A model generated the notes under the pieces. That model did no database searches. It saw only the letters and a program-made list of their open reading frames with translations, and was not told where the DNA came from. A program made the position numbers and the translations under genes. Shown in pieces: positions 38,289 to 47,919 of a stretch of 64,000 nucleotides of DNA. Every line of letters starts with the position of its first letter. Position 1 is the stretch's first letter. The DNA is from a virus (taxonomy: Duplodnaviria; Heunggongvirae; Uroviricota; Caudoviricetes), in the IMG/VR virus record IMGVR_UViG_3300031088_000735; one strand, 5' to 3'.

Positions 38289-38873
38289 ATGAGCCAAGAT
38301 TTGAAATACTTCATGCACGATATGCTTAATGTTAAGCATGATCAGTCCATTCAAATCATCGGTAAGCTTAATCCTACCGATTTGGCTCAAATGCATAGCT
38401 ATTTTCCAGAATGTGAAGCTATCGGTTGGGATTTCACCGAACGTCTTCAAAACGTTGGTGTTTCGAAAGCGGCTGGCATTGATGAAGTTGTTTTTGCTCA
38501 TGAAGAATTTTTGTCATTCAATGTTGATGAGGATTGTTCTGCATTCGAAAATTTCTTGAATGAACACTATCCACGATTGGCTGATGTTAGTAGCACCTAT
38601 ATGTTTTGCGATGCGTCTTATGCTCAAATGCATGATGATTCTAATTTGGAGTCTCGTGGACAGCTCATGTTCATTGCTAGCAACCCATCTAATCACACCT
38701 TTGTATCTGTTGATGTAGATGGTGTAACGCATGAAGTCATTCCAGAAGCCGGTGACATTTTGTTCTTGGATATTGCTTGCCGACATGCCTTGTTTCCAAA
38801 ACAGGTTGATGTTAACGACTTGGCATCTATTCAACCAATGAAAATGGCAATGGTTTCAATCAATGGTTTTTAA
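38289..38873 (+). CDS. 2OG-Fe(II) oxygenase-like (double-stranded beta-helix) protein
   Basis: HxD (AQMHDD) plus distal His (PEAGDILFLDIACRHALFP) in the typical spacing and context. Confidence 0.6.
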   Translation: MSQDLKYFMHDMLNVKHDQSIQIIGKLNPTDLAQMHSYFPECEAIGWDFTERLQNVGVSKAAGIDEVVFAHEEFLSFNVDEDCSAFENFLNEHYPRLADVSSTYMFCDASYAQMHDDSNLESRGQLMFIASNPSNHTFVSVDVDGVTHEVIPEAGDILFLDIACRHALFPKQVDVNDLASIQPMKMAMVSINGF

Positions 38874-38988
38874 GAATTAAAAAAAAGCAATCAATAAAAA
38901 TAGAGACGCTTGCTTTCTTTTGCTTGATTGTTTTTATTCTTTTTGGTATAATAGTGCTAATTAAAATCCTTGCTGCAGGAGTGTTATC

Positions 38989-39474
38989 ATGAGCGAAAAT
39001 TTCTGGTCTAACTTATGCACATTGACTACACTTATCAATACCAATTTTGATGAAAGCTTCGCACTCATTAGAACCTATATTTTGACTCGAACTAAAACAG
39101 AACCTTCTCTTGTTGATGGTGAATTCAAATTAATGTTTAACAAAAACAAGGCTCTTAAAGCAGATTTTGAGTCCATCGTTAGAAAATATCATTCTCAAAT
39201 GACCGAACTGACTGTTGATAATGTTAAAGTTAGCGACAGCGAAATGGCAGCTTTTAATAAAGCTTGCGACATTCAGCAGGAAAAACTGAAAGCTCAAAAA
39301 CAACAGCTTATTTTTTTGGGTGCTTCTGAAGCAACGCTTCAACTTTTTGACAACGATGTTAATGAATGGTTGAATTTCCAATCAGAATTTCATGACTATA
39401 TCAAAAATCTTAAATTCTCATCTATCCGAATTCAAGGTGAACAAATTACAAAACGGTGGATGGTTTGTGTTTAA
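38989..39474 (+). CDS. helical hypothetical protein
   Basis: AGGAG SD; 161 aa. Confidence 0.75.
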   Translation: MSENFWSNLCTLTTLINTNFDESFALIRTYILTRTKTEPSLVDGEFKLMFNKNKALKADFESIVRKYHSQMTELTVDNVKVSDSEMAAFNKACDIQQEKLKAQKQQLIFLGASEATLQLFDNDVNEWLNFQSEFHDYIKNLKFSSIRIQGEQITKRWMVCV

Positions 39475-39889
39475 TCAAACTCTTGAATACAGCTTAAAAA
39501 AATCAGATAAAGGTGGCTTGCATGCCATCTTTTCTGATTCGTCATTTGAATATGAGGTTCATGTTCAAGATGATTCTGTTGATCAACGTTTCTTGACTGT
39601 ATCTATTATTGCTGGATCTAATGGACTTAACAAGAGTGATGACTTAACTGGATTTGGAAAGCCAATCCCTGTATTATCAACCACAATTAAGATCCTGTTA
39701 GACCACTTGAACATTCATGGAACTCGACCAATTAGGCTGCTGGCTGTTGATGAGCCACGGTGTAAATTGTATTACAATCTCTCTCGCAAAATCCTTTCTG
39801 ACTGGTATATATGTGTAGCTGGCAATAATGTAATTCTTTTGCCATTGTCTTACTTTGAAAAAGAAGAAAATGAAATCACGCATTTTTAA
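39467..39889 (+). CDS. phage-type hypothetical protein, possibly GNAT-like fold
   Basis: GTG start overlapping the previous stop; LTGFGKPIPVLSTTIKIL...RCKLY pattern. Confidence 0.6.
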   Translation: MFNQTLEYSLKKSDKGGLHAIFSDSSFEYEVHVQDDSVDQRFLTVSIIAGSNGLNKSDDLTGFGKPIPVLSTTIKILLDHLNIHGTRPIRLLAVDEPRCKLYYNLSRKILSDWYICVAGNNVILLPLSYFEKEENEITHF

Positions 39890-39979
39890 AAACCTGTCTA
39901 ATCCTTGATGGCTTTTTCTTTTCTTTTACCTTTTGTTGTGGTATACTTACTCCGTCAAACACATAAAGGAAACACTATT

Positions 39980-40165
39980 ATGAAAGCTTATGGTCACTCC
40001 CGTCATGACAAAATCGAATGCAAATATGGCTGCTGCACCCTGAAATCCGGCAAAGCTAAAAATTGCCGTAGTCTCGTAGACCGTGCCAACCGCAAAACCG
40101 CTCGCCAATCCGGCGTCAAAGAAATCACTGTTCGTATCTGCGAATCCTTGGTGGTTGAGGATTAA
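39980..40165 (+). CDS. small basic Cys-containing protein
   Basis: AAGGA SD; MKAYGHSRHDKIECKYGCC..RANRKTARQ. Confidence 0.75.
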   Translation: MKAYGHSRHDKIECKYGCCTLKSGKAKNCRSLVDRANRKTARQSGVKEITVRICESLVVED

Positions 40166-40167
40166 TC

Positions 40168-40539
40168 ATGGATCTCGACTTCATCGTCAGTCATATTCAT
40201 CAAACACTGACCGATGATCTGTTGAAGCCTGTTTATCGCCAGATGACAGACAGGCATTTGACCACTGGACATTGCTATGCCGCCTCTGAGGCGGTTTTTC
40301 ATCTTCTTGGTGGGAGTCAACACTGGATGTCGTGTTGTGGCCGTGATGACACTGCTGGAACTCATTGGTGGCTGAAAAACAAAGCGTCTGGTGAGTTGCT
40401 TGATGTTACGTCTCAACAATTTACGCATTTTGGCAAAACACCACCTTACTCCAATGGCCGTCCGGTCGGATTTCTTACCAAACTCCCTAGCAAACGTGCG
40501 GTTATCATTATCGAACGATTAAAGGCGTTGAAAGTTTAA
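40168..40539 (+). CDS. putative papain/transglutaminase-like Cys-His-Asp protein
   Basis: GHCYAASEA (Cys), THWWL (His), LLDVTSQQF (Asp). Confidence 0.5.
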   Translation: MDLDFIVSHIHQTLTDDLLKPVYRQMTDRHLTTGHCYAASEAVFHLLGGSQHWMSCCGRDDTAGTHWWLKNKASGELLDVTSQQFTHFGKTPPYSNGRPVGFLTKLPSKRAVIIIERLKALKV

Positions 40540-40585
40540 TTTCATCATGGTATAATTATGGCATACTCAATAGAGACTTGATGCC

Positions 40586-40864
40586 ATGAAAATTATTAAA
40601 CGTATTCAACAAGCCATTCACGACTACAAAAACCCTTCGGACGCAAAACTGTTTGCAAAAGCAGCCAAGCTGTATGATTTTTATGCCAGCTACTATACCT
40701 TGCAACATACTCGTCGTGGTTTTCTTGAAGCGGCTGCACGAAAACAAGTCATGTTTGCTCGCCTTGAAGCTATCCGTGATATGGATGCGAATGACGCTCG
40801 CACACAAGAAATTAAAGCGACGATTGCTGATTTCAAAAAAATCAACAAAATCGGATTTCGTTAA
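40586..40864 (+). CDS. small basic protein, tandem paralog 1
   Basis: KNPSDAKLFAKAAKLYD shared with the next gene. Confidence 0.75.
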   Translation: MKIIKRIQQAIHDYKNPSDAKLFAKAAKLYDFYASYYTLQHTRRGFLEAAARKQVMFARLEAIRDMDANDARTQEIKATIADFKKINKIGFR

Positions 40865-40873
40865 TTCACCCAG

Positions 40874-41173
40874 ATGGTGTTCAATATGAATGTGTTTAAA
40901 TGGTTTCAACAAGTGATGCTTAATCATAAGAATCCATCGGATTCGAAATTGTTTGCATATGCTCGAAAGCTCTATGATGTGTATGTGCAAAACAATGTTC
41001 ATTATCATAACCATTACAGTAGCAAAAAGTTTGGTTACGATAAAGCCATTGCTAATCGTGATGAAATGTATGCGACACTTTGTTCTATTGGGCTGGTTCC
41101 AGTTGGAGAAGAACGCACACAAAAACTGAAAGATACCGTGAAACGGTTTAAAGAAATCAACCGTAATGGTTAA
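40874..41173 (+). CDS. small basic protein, tandem paralog 2
   Basis: KNPSDSKLFAYARKLYD. Confidence 0.75.
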   Translation: MVFNMNVFKWFQQVMLNHKNPSDSKLFAYARKLYDVYVQNNVHYHNHYSSKKFGYDKAIANRDEMYATLCSIGLVPVGEERTQKLKDTVKRFKEINRNG

Positions 41174-41200
41174 AACAACTAATTAATACAGGATAAAAAA

Positions 41201-41467
41201 ATGAAACTCATTAATGCTCTCAATCGTCTTGGGAAAACCAACGAAAAACGCTTGCTTTCTAAAGCAAACGGACTTTGCAATCGTTACCGTAATAACATTC
41301 ATCTTCGCAAGCCGCTGGTGTCGTATGACCTTGCTGAAACCACCAGCCAAATCATGAACGACATTCTTGGGTCTGTTGCGGCTATGCCTTCTGGCCCTGC
41401 AAAAGTCTCTGAACTGAAAGACTTGATCGGTATTGCTCAGCGAACCATCAAAAAAGATCTAAAGTAG
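41201..41467 (+). CDS. small basic hypothetical protein
   Basis: AGGA SD. Confidence 0.7.
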   Translation: MKLINALNRLGKTNEKRLLSKANGLCNRYRNNIHLRKPLVSYDLAETTSQIMNDILGSVAAMPSGPAKVSELKDLIGIAQRTIKKDLK

Positions 41468-41527
41468 TAGTCATTTCTTAGTTTTTTTGGTATAATGGGT
41501 TCACTTAATCAATAGGATGAACCCAAA

Positions 41528-41956
41528 ATGACGACCCATGCAGAAATCCTGAAATCTTTGGCTCAAAATGCAATCAACCGTATTGAATCATCAAAACGAG
41601 TTCTTTGCAGTATGCCCGGTGTTGTGGATACCTCCATCATTGATATGTTTTATGATCTCAAGATCGGCTCCATTCAAAACTTTTTGAAAGCCCTGTCTTT
41701 TTCCAACGAGATTGATGTTGAACTCTGCGAACTTCTCGATAAAGCTGATTACACCGTGACTGCAGAAGCAATTAACGAAGAAGTGAAAGAATTTGCTGTT
41801 GCCTTCAATCAACTTCATATGTTTATCATCAGCACGCCGGTAGATCCAGCAAACCCAGCAGAAGATAAAATGAAAGTGTATCACGACCAGCACTGGGCCA
41901 TGATTGAAGCGAAGTCTGACTTTTATGAACTGTATAACAAGGTTCGTTTCCACTAA
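41528..41956 (+). CDS. hypothetical protein
   Basis: TGGTATAAT promoter, AGGA SD. Confidence 0.8.
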   Translation: MTTHAEILKSLAQNAINRIESSKRVLCSMPGVVDTSIIDMFYDLKIGSIQNFLKALSFSNEIDVELCELLDKADYTVTAEAINEEVKEFAVAFNQLHMFIISTPVDPANPAEDKMKVYHDQHWAMIEAKSDFYELYNKVRFH

Positions 41957-42029
41957 CGGTTGTTGAATTCTTGTTAAAAAAAGACCACCTTCTGGTGGTT
42001 TTTTTTACCTTTTGTTTTGTTATTGATGT

Positions 42030-42860
42030 TTAAATTTCTACCATATCATGAATTAATACCATGTCACTGGCATTTGTGTAATCTGTTCCATATTCATCAT
42101 TATAACAGGCTACAAAACTCTCTTCTAATTGTTTAATGTTCATATTGTTTGTAGCATGCACACTGACTGTTTCATATTTAATTTGTGTTGTCGTTTTTTT
42201 TCTTAATACAATTCCATTATTTGAAATTGAGAATAATACATTGCCAAAGTTTAAGAAAATATAATAGCCAGACTCATTTTTGTACAAATTTGCTGCAACA
42301 TGTCCAAATTTATGGTTTTTGTTCTGGTCATCTTCATAGAATGAATCTAAATACGAAAAGGCTTTAAATAAAGTATCATTTTTAAATAAAAGTTTATCAA
42401 CTATTTTTAAATTTTCATAGAATCCTTTCTTATCGTCAATCGTTGAGAAACGTGACAAGAAATATTTATTATTTTCGAATTTATTATTAATGATTTCATT
42501 AAGAATATTACAAACAGCACTATCGTTTGTACATTCGTTGATAGTAAATTCATGGTTTATATGATCTTGTAAACCGTCGAAAGCAGATTCTTGATAATAG
42601 AACGGGTATCCTTTTTTAAAACTAATAGTTAATGTTGTTCTGTTTATTTCCAGATTGATTTCAGTGGTGTAGTCACCGTTATATATATTGATAAGATCAT
42701 CAGCGACAATGTTTAAAATCCTTTTTACTTTTTCTGCTTTTTCTGGCAGATAAAGGACGTTTTCAATCCGCGATGTATCTACATTTTTTAGTTCGCTGAC
42801 TTTAATACTTTTTGTCATCCAAGCATCTATTACCAGTGGGGCATTAATTGTTGTGTTCAT
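42030..42860 (-). CDS. hypothetical protein with M-tag (..MVLIHDMVEI*), tandem paralog
   Basis: ILNIVADDLINIYNGDY..ISFKKGYPF shared with the upstream gene. Confidence 0.85.
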   Translation of the reverse strand: MNTTINAPLVIDAWMTKSIKVSELKNVDTSRIENVLYLPEKAEKVKRILNIVADDLINIYNGDYTTEINLEINRTTLTISFKKGYPFYYQESAFDGLQDHINHEFTINECTNDSAVCNILNEIINNKFENNKYFLSRFSTIDDKKGFYENLKIVDKLLFKNDTLFKAFSYLDSFYEDDQNKNHKFGHVAANLYKNESGYYIFLNFGNVLFSISNNGIVLRKKTTTQIKYETVSVHATNNMNIKQLEESFVACYNDEYGTDYTNASDMVLIHDMVEI

Positions 42861-42861
42861 T

Positions 42862-43695
42862 TTAAATCTCCATCATGTCGTGAACCAACACAAGATCTTT
42901 TGTGTCAGTGTAGTTTGTTTCATATATTTTGTTATATAAATCAATGAAGCTGTTTTTAACATCTTGAAAGCACACTTCTGGTGTATTGAACACTTTTCGA
43001 AGTTTTGATTGTTCTTCTACTCTTGATGACCGCATTAACATACCTTTTTCAGTCACCACCATATTGATTAGTCCGTATTCCAAAGTAATACTTGGGCTAC
43101 TTCCATTTTGGATAACGATTCTTAAACTGTTAATCTTATGGTAATGATAATTGGTTTCAATTGGATATGGAAAATAAATTGATTTCATAAAAGAACATGC
43201 TTTAACGATTTTTGGCTCATTAAAAAACAATTGGTCAAGATAGCTTAGGTATCTATACAGGGTTTGAGCTTCTGGCAATACTGAATATGGTTTGGCATAC
43301 AGCCAATTGTTTGAACTTTCTTCAACATGGTGAGTAATTTCATCATCTATTGTTTGATGAATGCTCGCATCGTCCTTACAGCGTTCATAATAGAACTCAT
43401 ACTTCAGATTTTCAACAGTGCCATCCTGTTCGATGAAAATGAATGGATAGGATTTTTGAACAGTAATCTTTAGCGAGAAATCATCCACTTCTATTTTCAT
43501 GTGAGTTTCATAATCACCACCATTAATCGTGATCAGATCATCCGCAAAGATTTTCAAAATATTGACAATGGTATCGTTATATTGTTTAGCGAATTTTTCT
43601 CTATTGAATAAGGCTAATTCAATGTTTTTCAATCGGCTGACTGATAAGCTTCCTTCGGTTACATTCCGTATTTGTAATGGGTTATATAGGTTCAT
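42862..43695 (-). CDS. hypothetical protein with M-tag (..LVLVHDMMEI*), tandem paralog
   Basis: GAGG SD before ATG 43695; ILKIFADDLITINGGDY..ITVQKSYPF. Confidence 0.85.
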   Translation of the reverse strand: MNLYNPLQIRNVTEGSLSVSRLKNIELALFNREKFAKQYNDTIVNILKIFADDLITINGGDYETHMKIEVDDFSLKITVQKSYPFIFIEQDGTVENLKYEFYYERCKDDASIHQTIDDEITHHVEESSNNWLYAKPYSVLPEAQTLYRYLSYLDQLFFNEPKIVKACSFMKSIYFPYPIETNYHYHKINSLRIVIQNGSSPSITLEYGLINMVVTEKGMLMRSSRVEEQSKLRKVFNTPEVCFQDVKNSFIDLYNKIYETNYTDTKDLVLVHDMMEI

Positions 43696-43899
43696 CTCAT
43701 CAGCCTCGTTATTGAACTCAATTTTTCTAAAAAAAATGATAGAGGCTTTATTATATGGCAAATCCTATCAATAAGCAAGGAATTTAAGCTGTTTTTATAG
43801 GTTTTCAATGCTGCTCGCTGGTGGATTTTGAATTATAAACATGTTTACAAATTGCTTGATTTTTGGTATAATTGACCCATCTTAAAAGAGTTTAAAATC

Positions 43900-44625
43900 A
43901 TGTCTAAAATCAACAGTAGCAAAAGTAATGGCACCTTGTTCGAGCAGATAGGCTTGGCGTTCATCGCTGCAGCCGGTCAGCCTTACTTTGCCAATAACGG
44001 CTACATCGCTACTTCCGACGCAGACATTGCTCGTTGGGTGGAGAATGATTATGACTTGTTCACCAAATACCTCAAACCAGATGGTTTTTATCGCGGTTGG
44101 GGTGTTCAAGGCAAAATTCACATTGGCAATATTCGCATTGATCCAGACTTCTTTGATATGGCAACTGGCAGCATTTATGAGTTCAAATATCAGGAAAGCA
44201 ATGGTTCGATGGTTGAAAAGCTTTACAAAAACTTCTTGACCTATCAAGCCCTTAAAGATCCTTCGTTTATTGTTCATCATGGTGTCGGTTTCAGCGAGCG
44301 TTTTTTCTCTTGCTTAAATGAACATCGCCAGTTCATGAAACATCCTGACTTGACCCAGTTCATTACGTTTAACCAGTTCATCCAAGAAAAACTTGGTTTG
44401 AACATTGATGTTAGCAATTCGCACATGTCGATTGCCACTGACAAAACAGCTACGGCTGCTGTTCGTCGCAAGCATGTTAAGTTAAAGGATTACGTTGAAC
44501 GTGTTGTTTACGACACGAAAAGCAACAAGGAAATTGCTCGTTTCAAAACATTGCAGCTTCTTGAAGACGCATCTAACGATGGCTTCAAAGACGACCATTT
44601 CTTTAAAAAGTGCTCTTTCAACTAA
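43900..44625 (+). CDS. PD-(D/E)xK family nuclease-like protein
   Basis: RIDPDFFD...IYEFKYQESNGSMVEKL (PD...ExK). Confidence 0.65.
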   Translation: MSKINSSKSNGTLFEQIGLAFIAAAGQPYFANNGYIATSDADIARWVENDYDLFTKYLKPDGFYRGWGVQGKIHIGNIRIDPDFFDMATGSIYEFKYQESNGSMVEKLYKNFLTYQALKDPSFIVHHGVGFSERFFSCLNEHRQFMKHPDLTQFITFNQFIQEKLGLNIDVSNSHMSIATDKTATAAVRRKHVKLKDYVERVVYDTKSNKEIARFKTLQLLEDASNDGFKDDHFFKKCSFN

Positions 44626-44637
44626 TTAGGAATTCTT

Positions 44638-44928
44638 ATGACCGATTTGCAAACCATTGAACTTATTCAAAACCCTTTCATGAAAGTCAACAAAGGACTT
44701 GAAATTGTAGGGAACTGGCCGAAACATATCCGTGCTCTGGCTGAAGGCACTGTTCAAGAAGAACTTCGTTGTGCGTGTTTCTATTATATTCATAAGAAAA
44801 CACCAAAACTGCAGTCTGAAATCATGACCGATGATATTACAGCAGGTATTATTAATGTTATTTATATCATTCAAGAAATTGTCAATGAAATTACAGGTAC
44901 CACTCAGCATCCAATTGTGGTAGAATAA
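44638..44928 (+). CDS. hypothetical protein
   Basis: AGGA SD. Confidence 0.7.
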   Translation: MTDLQTIELIQNPFMKVNKGLEIVGNWPKHIRALAEGTVQEELRCACFYYIHKKTPKLQSEIMTDDITAGIINVIYIIQEIVNEITGTTQHPIVVE

Positions 44929-44961
44929 GTCAACTTAAACCAACATAGTGAGAATTTCAAC

Positions 44962-45339
44962 ATGGAACTGACGCAAAAAGCAATTCAAATTGCCCATGAA
45001 GCACAAGAATCTGTTCTTAAAGCTCAGAAGACTTACCAGCGTACTAAAGATCTGATCCGCGAAGCTCTGGCCGCTGAATATCCACTCAGTTCGTTGGTAG
45101 GTAAAGACTACATTTATACGCGAGCCATGTGGGGTGAACCCAACAAAGGCGTAACCGACGAAGCTTATCTGAAACAGCATGAGCATATGCAAGCTTACCA
45201 GCTTGAATTTGGTTCTAATCCTGACAGCTATCTTGGCTTTGAACCGGGTGCGATCTATGCGTGCTACGTTGTGCTGGAAGAAGATACGACTTGGGAAAAT
45301 GAAGAGTTTTGGGAATTGCTGTTCATCAAAATCAATTAA
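44962..45339 (+). CDS. hypothetical protein
   Basis: 125 aa; terminator downstream. Confidence 0.75.
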   Translation: MELTQKAIQIAHEAQESVLKAQKTYQRTKDLIREALAAEYPLSSLVGKDYIYTRAMWGEPNKGVTDEAYLKQHEHMQAYQLEFGSNPDSYLGFEPGAIYACYVVLEEDTTWENEEFWELLFIKIN

Positions 45340-45435
45340 AAGCAACGTTACTGAAAAGCATCCTTACGGGTGCTTTTTTGTTGTTCATTTTAGACATTTA
45401 TGCTAAAATGCTTATCTTCATTTAAGGAGTTTTTC

Positions 45436-45930
45436 ATGGCTGAACATCCGATTCTTTCACTTGTCGTTTTTTTGCTGATTCTGTTGGCAGTTTTGACTTA
45501 TCTACCGACTAAGAAAGAGCAGTTAGAAACAGGTCGTTGGGTTGATTTTAACGATGATTACAAAGACATGATGTCTAAACTAACGCAAGCGGCTTTGCAA
45601 TATGCTGACCCTATGGGTGGGCGTCATCTGATTTATCGTCATCTTGATCGTAATGCTGTCGTAAATGGCAAGCGAATTGATGGTGAAACAGTTAGCATCA
45701 AGTTCATGTTGAAAGCTTTTGGTGATGGGCGTCAAGAAATCCATGCTTACACAGAATGCCACTATGGCAAACCTGAGTTTAGTGGTGGTGAAGTCTTTCA
45801 AAACTATAATATCACCGAGCAACATTTTGAAGCGAATGCTTACGAATTTGAAAAATTATGGAAACAAATTTTAGAGTTTCATTTTTCAGTCAAACTTGAT
45901 GGCGTCAATGACAAAATCAAGTTGGTTTAA
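45436..45930 (+). CDS. single-TM-anchored hypothetical protein
   Basis: AAGGAG SD before ATG 45436; N-terminal hydrophobic helix. Confidence 0.8.
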   Translation: MAEHPILSLVVFLLILLAVLTYLPTKKEQLETGRWVDFNDDYKDMMSKLTQAALQYADPMGGRHLIYRHLDRNAVVNGKRIDGETVSIKFMLKAFGDGRQEIHAYTECHYGKPEFSGGEVFQNYNITEQHFEANAYEFEKLWKQILEFHFSVKLDGVNDKIKLV

Positions 45931-46017
45931 TTTTTCGCTTGAAAAACATCCTACGGGATGTTTTTTTTGCTTATTTTAAACTTATATGCTATTATCAAGG
46001 ATTATTGGAGAAATCTC

Positions 46018-46227
46018 ATGTCAGGCATAATATTACGAGTGGTTAAAAATGGTTCCTTTGGTTCTGTTGATACCTTTAAAATTCAAGAACGCAAGTTTTT
46101 TTTCTGGTTTGATTTTAAAGAAGCTGGTGTTGTTCGGACGTTTGACAGTATCGTGATGGCAAATATGTATGCACAGCTCAAAGCCCGTGCAATGAAAGGA
46201 ACTTTTATCTTTCAAGGTAAAAAGTAA
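46018..46227 (+). CDS. small basic hypothetical protein
   Basis: GGAG SD before ATG 46018. Confidence 0.7.
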   Translation: MSGIILRVVKNGSFGSVDTFKIQERKFFFWFDFKEAGVVRTFDSIVMANMYAQLKARAMKGTFIFQGKK

Positions 46228-46261
46228 TGTGTTATAATCAATCATCATTACGGAGCCAATT

Positions 46262-46762
46262 ATGAAATACATTAAAATTCAAGATACTGTTGTGGTGTTT
46301 GATGAACTGACCAATCATGGTTTCATGGCTCGTTTGCTTAGCGAACATGGCGATGTTCAAACAGCCGGTTTCGTTAAACTGTTCCCAACGGCTGACAACA
46401 CCATTTGTCACAGTGTGGGTGGTCGTAGCACCACATTGAAAATCGACTCTGATCCTGTTGTCGATAAGGTTATTGTTCAAGAACATTTCAAAATGTCGCC
46501 TGATAATCCAGTGAACTTTATTGCGTCTGATGACACGCTTATCCTGTTCCCTATCAATTGTGCCTTTGATATTGTGGCAGCGATGAAAGCTATCTGGCCG
46601 GGGGCTGACTTTGTTCATGGGCAAGTGTCTTTTACTACGGTTGAAACTGATGATTTCCGTTTCGAATCTGGTTACAGGGCTATTCCAGCATTCTCCAATC
46701 TGGTTGGCACGGTTACTGACGCGACAAAGTTTACATTTGATTGCAATATTCGGGCGGATTAA
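46262..46762 (+). CDS. hypothetical protein
   Basis: GGAG SD; 166 aa. Confidence 0.75.
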   Translation: MKYIKIQDTVVVFDELTNHGFMARLLSEHGDVQTAGFVKLFPTADNTICHSVGGRSTTLKIDSDPVVDKVIVQEHFKMSPDNPVNFIASDDTLILFPINCAFDIVAAMKAIWPGADFVHGQVSFTTVETDDFRFESGYRAIPAFSNLVGTVTDATKFTFDCNIRAD

Positions 46763-46835
46763 ACCGCCTTTTTTCTTTCAATAATCTTAGTTTTGTGCTA
46801 TCATTAATTCATCTTAAATAGACAGGTATCTTGAT

Positions 46836-47111
46836 ATGCCACTTTTCAACATGATCCAGCAAATTGAAATTAAAACGGTTCAAGATTTTCTTAAATCAGA
46901 ACCATTTCTCGTTCGTCCTAAATGCGAACACAATGAAATTGTGCTTGTGCTCTACTTCGAAGATGCTTACAAAGATCTCATTGAAATCGGTCGAGTCAAC
47001 AAGCCAGTTGAATTCTTTTCCGTTGAAAATATCGGCAACCAATCTATTGAAGAATGGATCGAATTGAACCCGGATCATGTCATTCCATCGGGTATTTTCA
47101 AAAATACTTAA
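46836..47111 (+). CDS. small hypothetical protein
   Basis: AGGT SD; terminator downstream. Confidence 0.7.
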   Translation: MPLFNMIQQIEIKTVQDFLKSEPFLVRPKCEHNEIVLVLYFEDAYKDLIEIGRVNKPVEFFSVENIGNQSIEEWIELNPDHVIPSGIFKNT

Positions 47112-47312
47112 AAAAAAATAAGTTTCCACGGTATACAAACCAGCTTCGGCTGGTTTTTTGTTGTATGCTTAAAAAAGTATTTAGTTTACCTATCACTTTA
47201 AATACAAATAATTTTCAGTTTTTTACTAATAGCGTCTAGTTGAGAATGATTGTTATTATTGACAAATACAATTATTATGATAAAGTATGTCCAACAAACA
47301 GAGGGTATGTAT

Positions 47313-47666
47313 ATGAAAAATAACAATTTATTAATCGCTGCAGTTTTACCAATTGTTTATGGTGCTTACAAATTTTACACCGATAAAACTTTTAAAGAAA
47401 AAGTAACCAGCAATTTAGATAAAATCTATCAGTCGGTTGATAACGGGGCACAAAAGTTGAAAAGACGTGCGGGTCACGCTGAAATAGAGCTAAAATCATT
47501 TTTTAATGAAGCCTATGATGAATTAAAGCTGACAGATGAGCAAATCGAAGACATTCACGAGGTTTTGAACAATAAAACGTCTGGTCTTGTGAATAGAGTC
47601 AAGAAGCTTCTTAACGAAGAGCAGAGAAAAATTTATGAATCTTCATTACACACATTGAAAAAATGA
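47313..47666 (+). CDS. membrane-anchored helical protein
   Basis: GAGGG SD; short N-terminal hydrophobic stretch. Confidence 0.7.
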   Translation: MKNNNLLIAAVLPIVYGAYKFYTDKTFKEKVTSNLDKIYQSVDNGAQKLKRRAGHAEIELKSFFNEAYDELKLTDEQIEDIHEVLNNKTSGLVNRVKKLLNEEQRKIYESSLHTLKK

Positions 47667-47775
47667 ATGTTCATATCTAACAAGGTCGTAATACCCTTTT
47701 GAACGGCTGTTCATAAACGATTGTATCCATCTACAATTGATTACACACAATAAACTTTCCTTTGGAGGCAATTCT

Positions 47776-47919
47776 ATGAATACACAACAGAATCAATCTC
47801 AACATAAAAATGAACAAGGTAAGCAGAATCTGAAACAACCACAAGCTGGTAATGGGACAAAACAAACACAGGCAAAAACTGCCGATAAGGCACAAAGTCC
47901 TACTCAAAAACACAAGTAG
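47776..47919 (+). CDS. 47-aa Gln/Lys-rich low-complexity peptide
   Basis: GGAGG SD before ATG 47776. Confidence 0.55.
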   Translation: MNTQQNQSQHKNEQGKQNLKQPQAGNGTKQTQAKTADKAQSPTQKHK

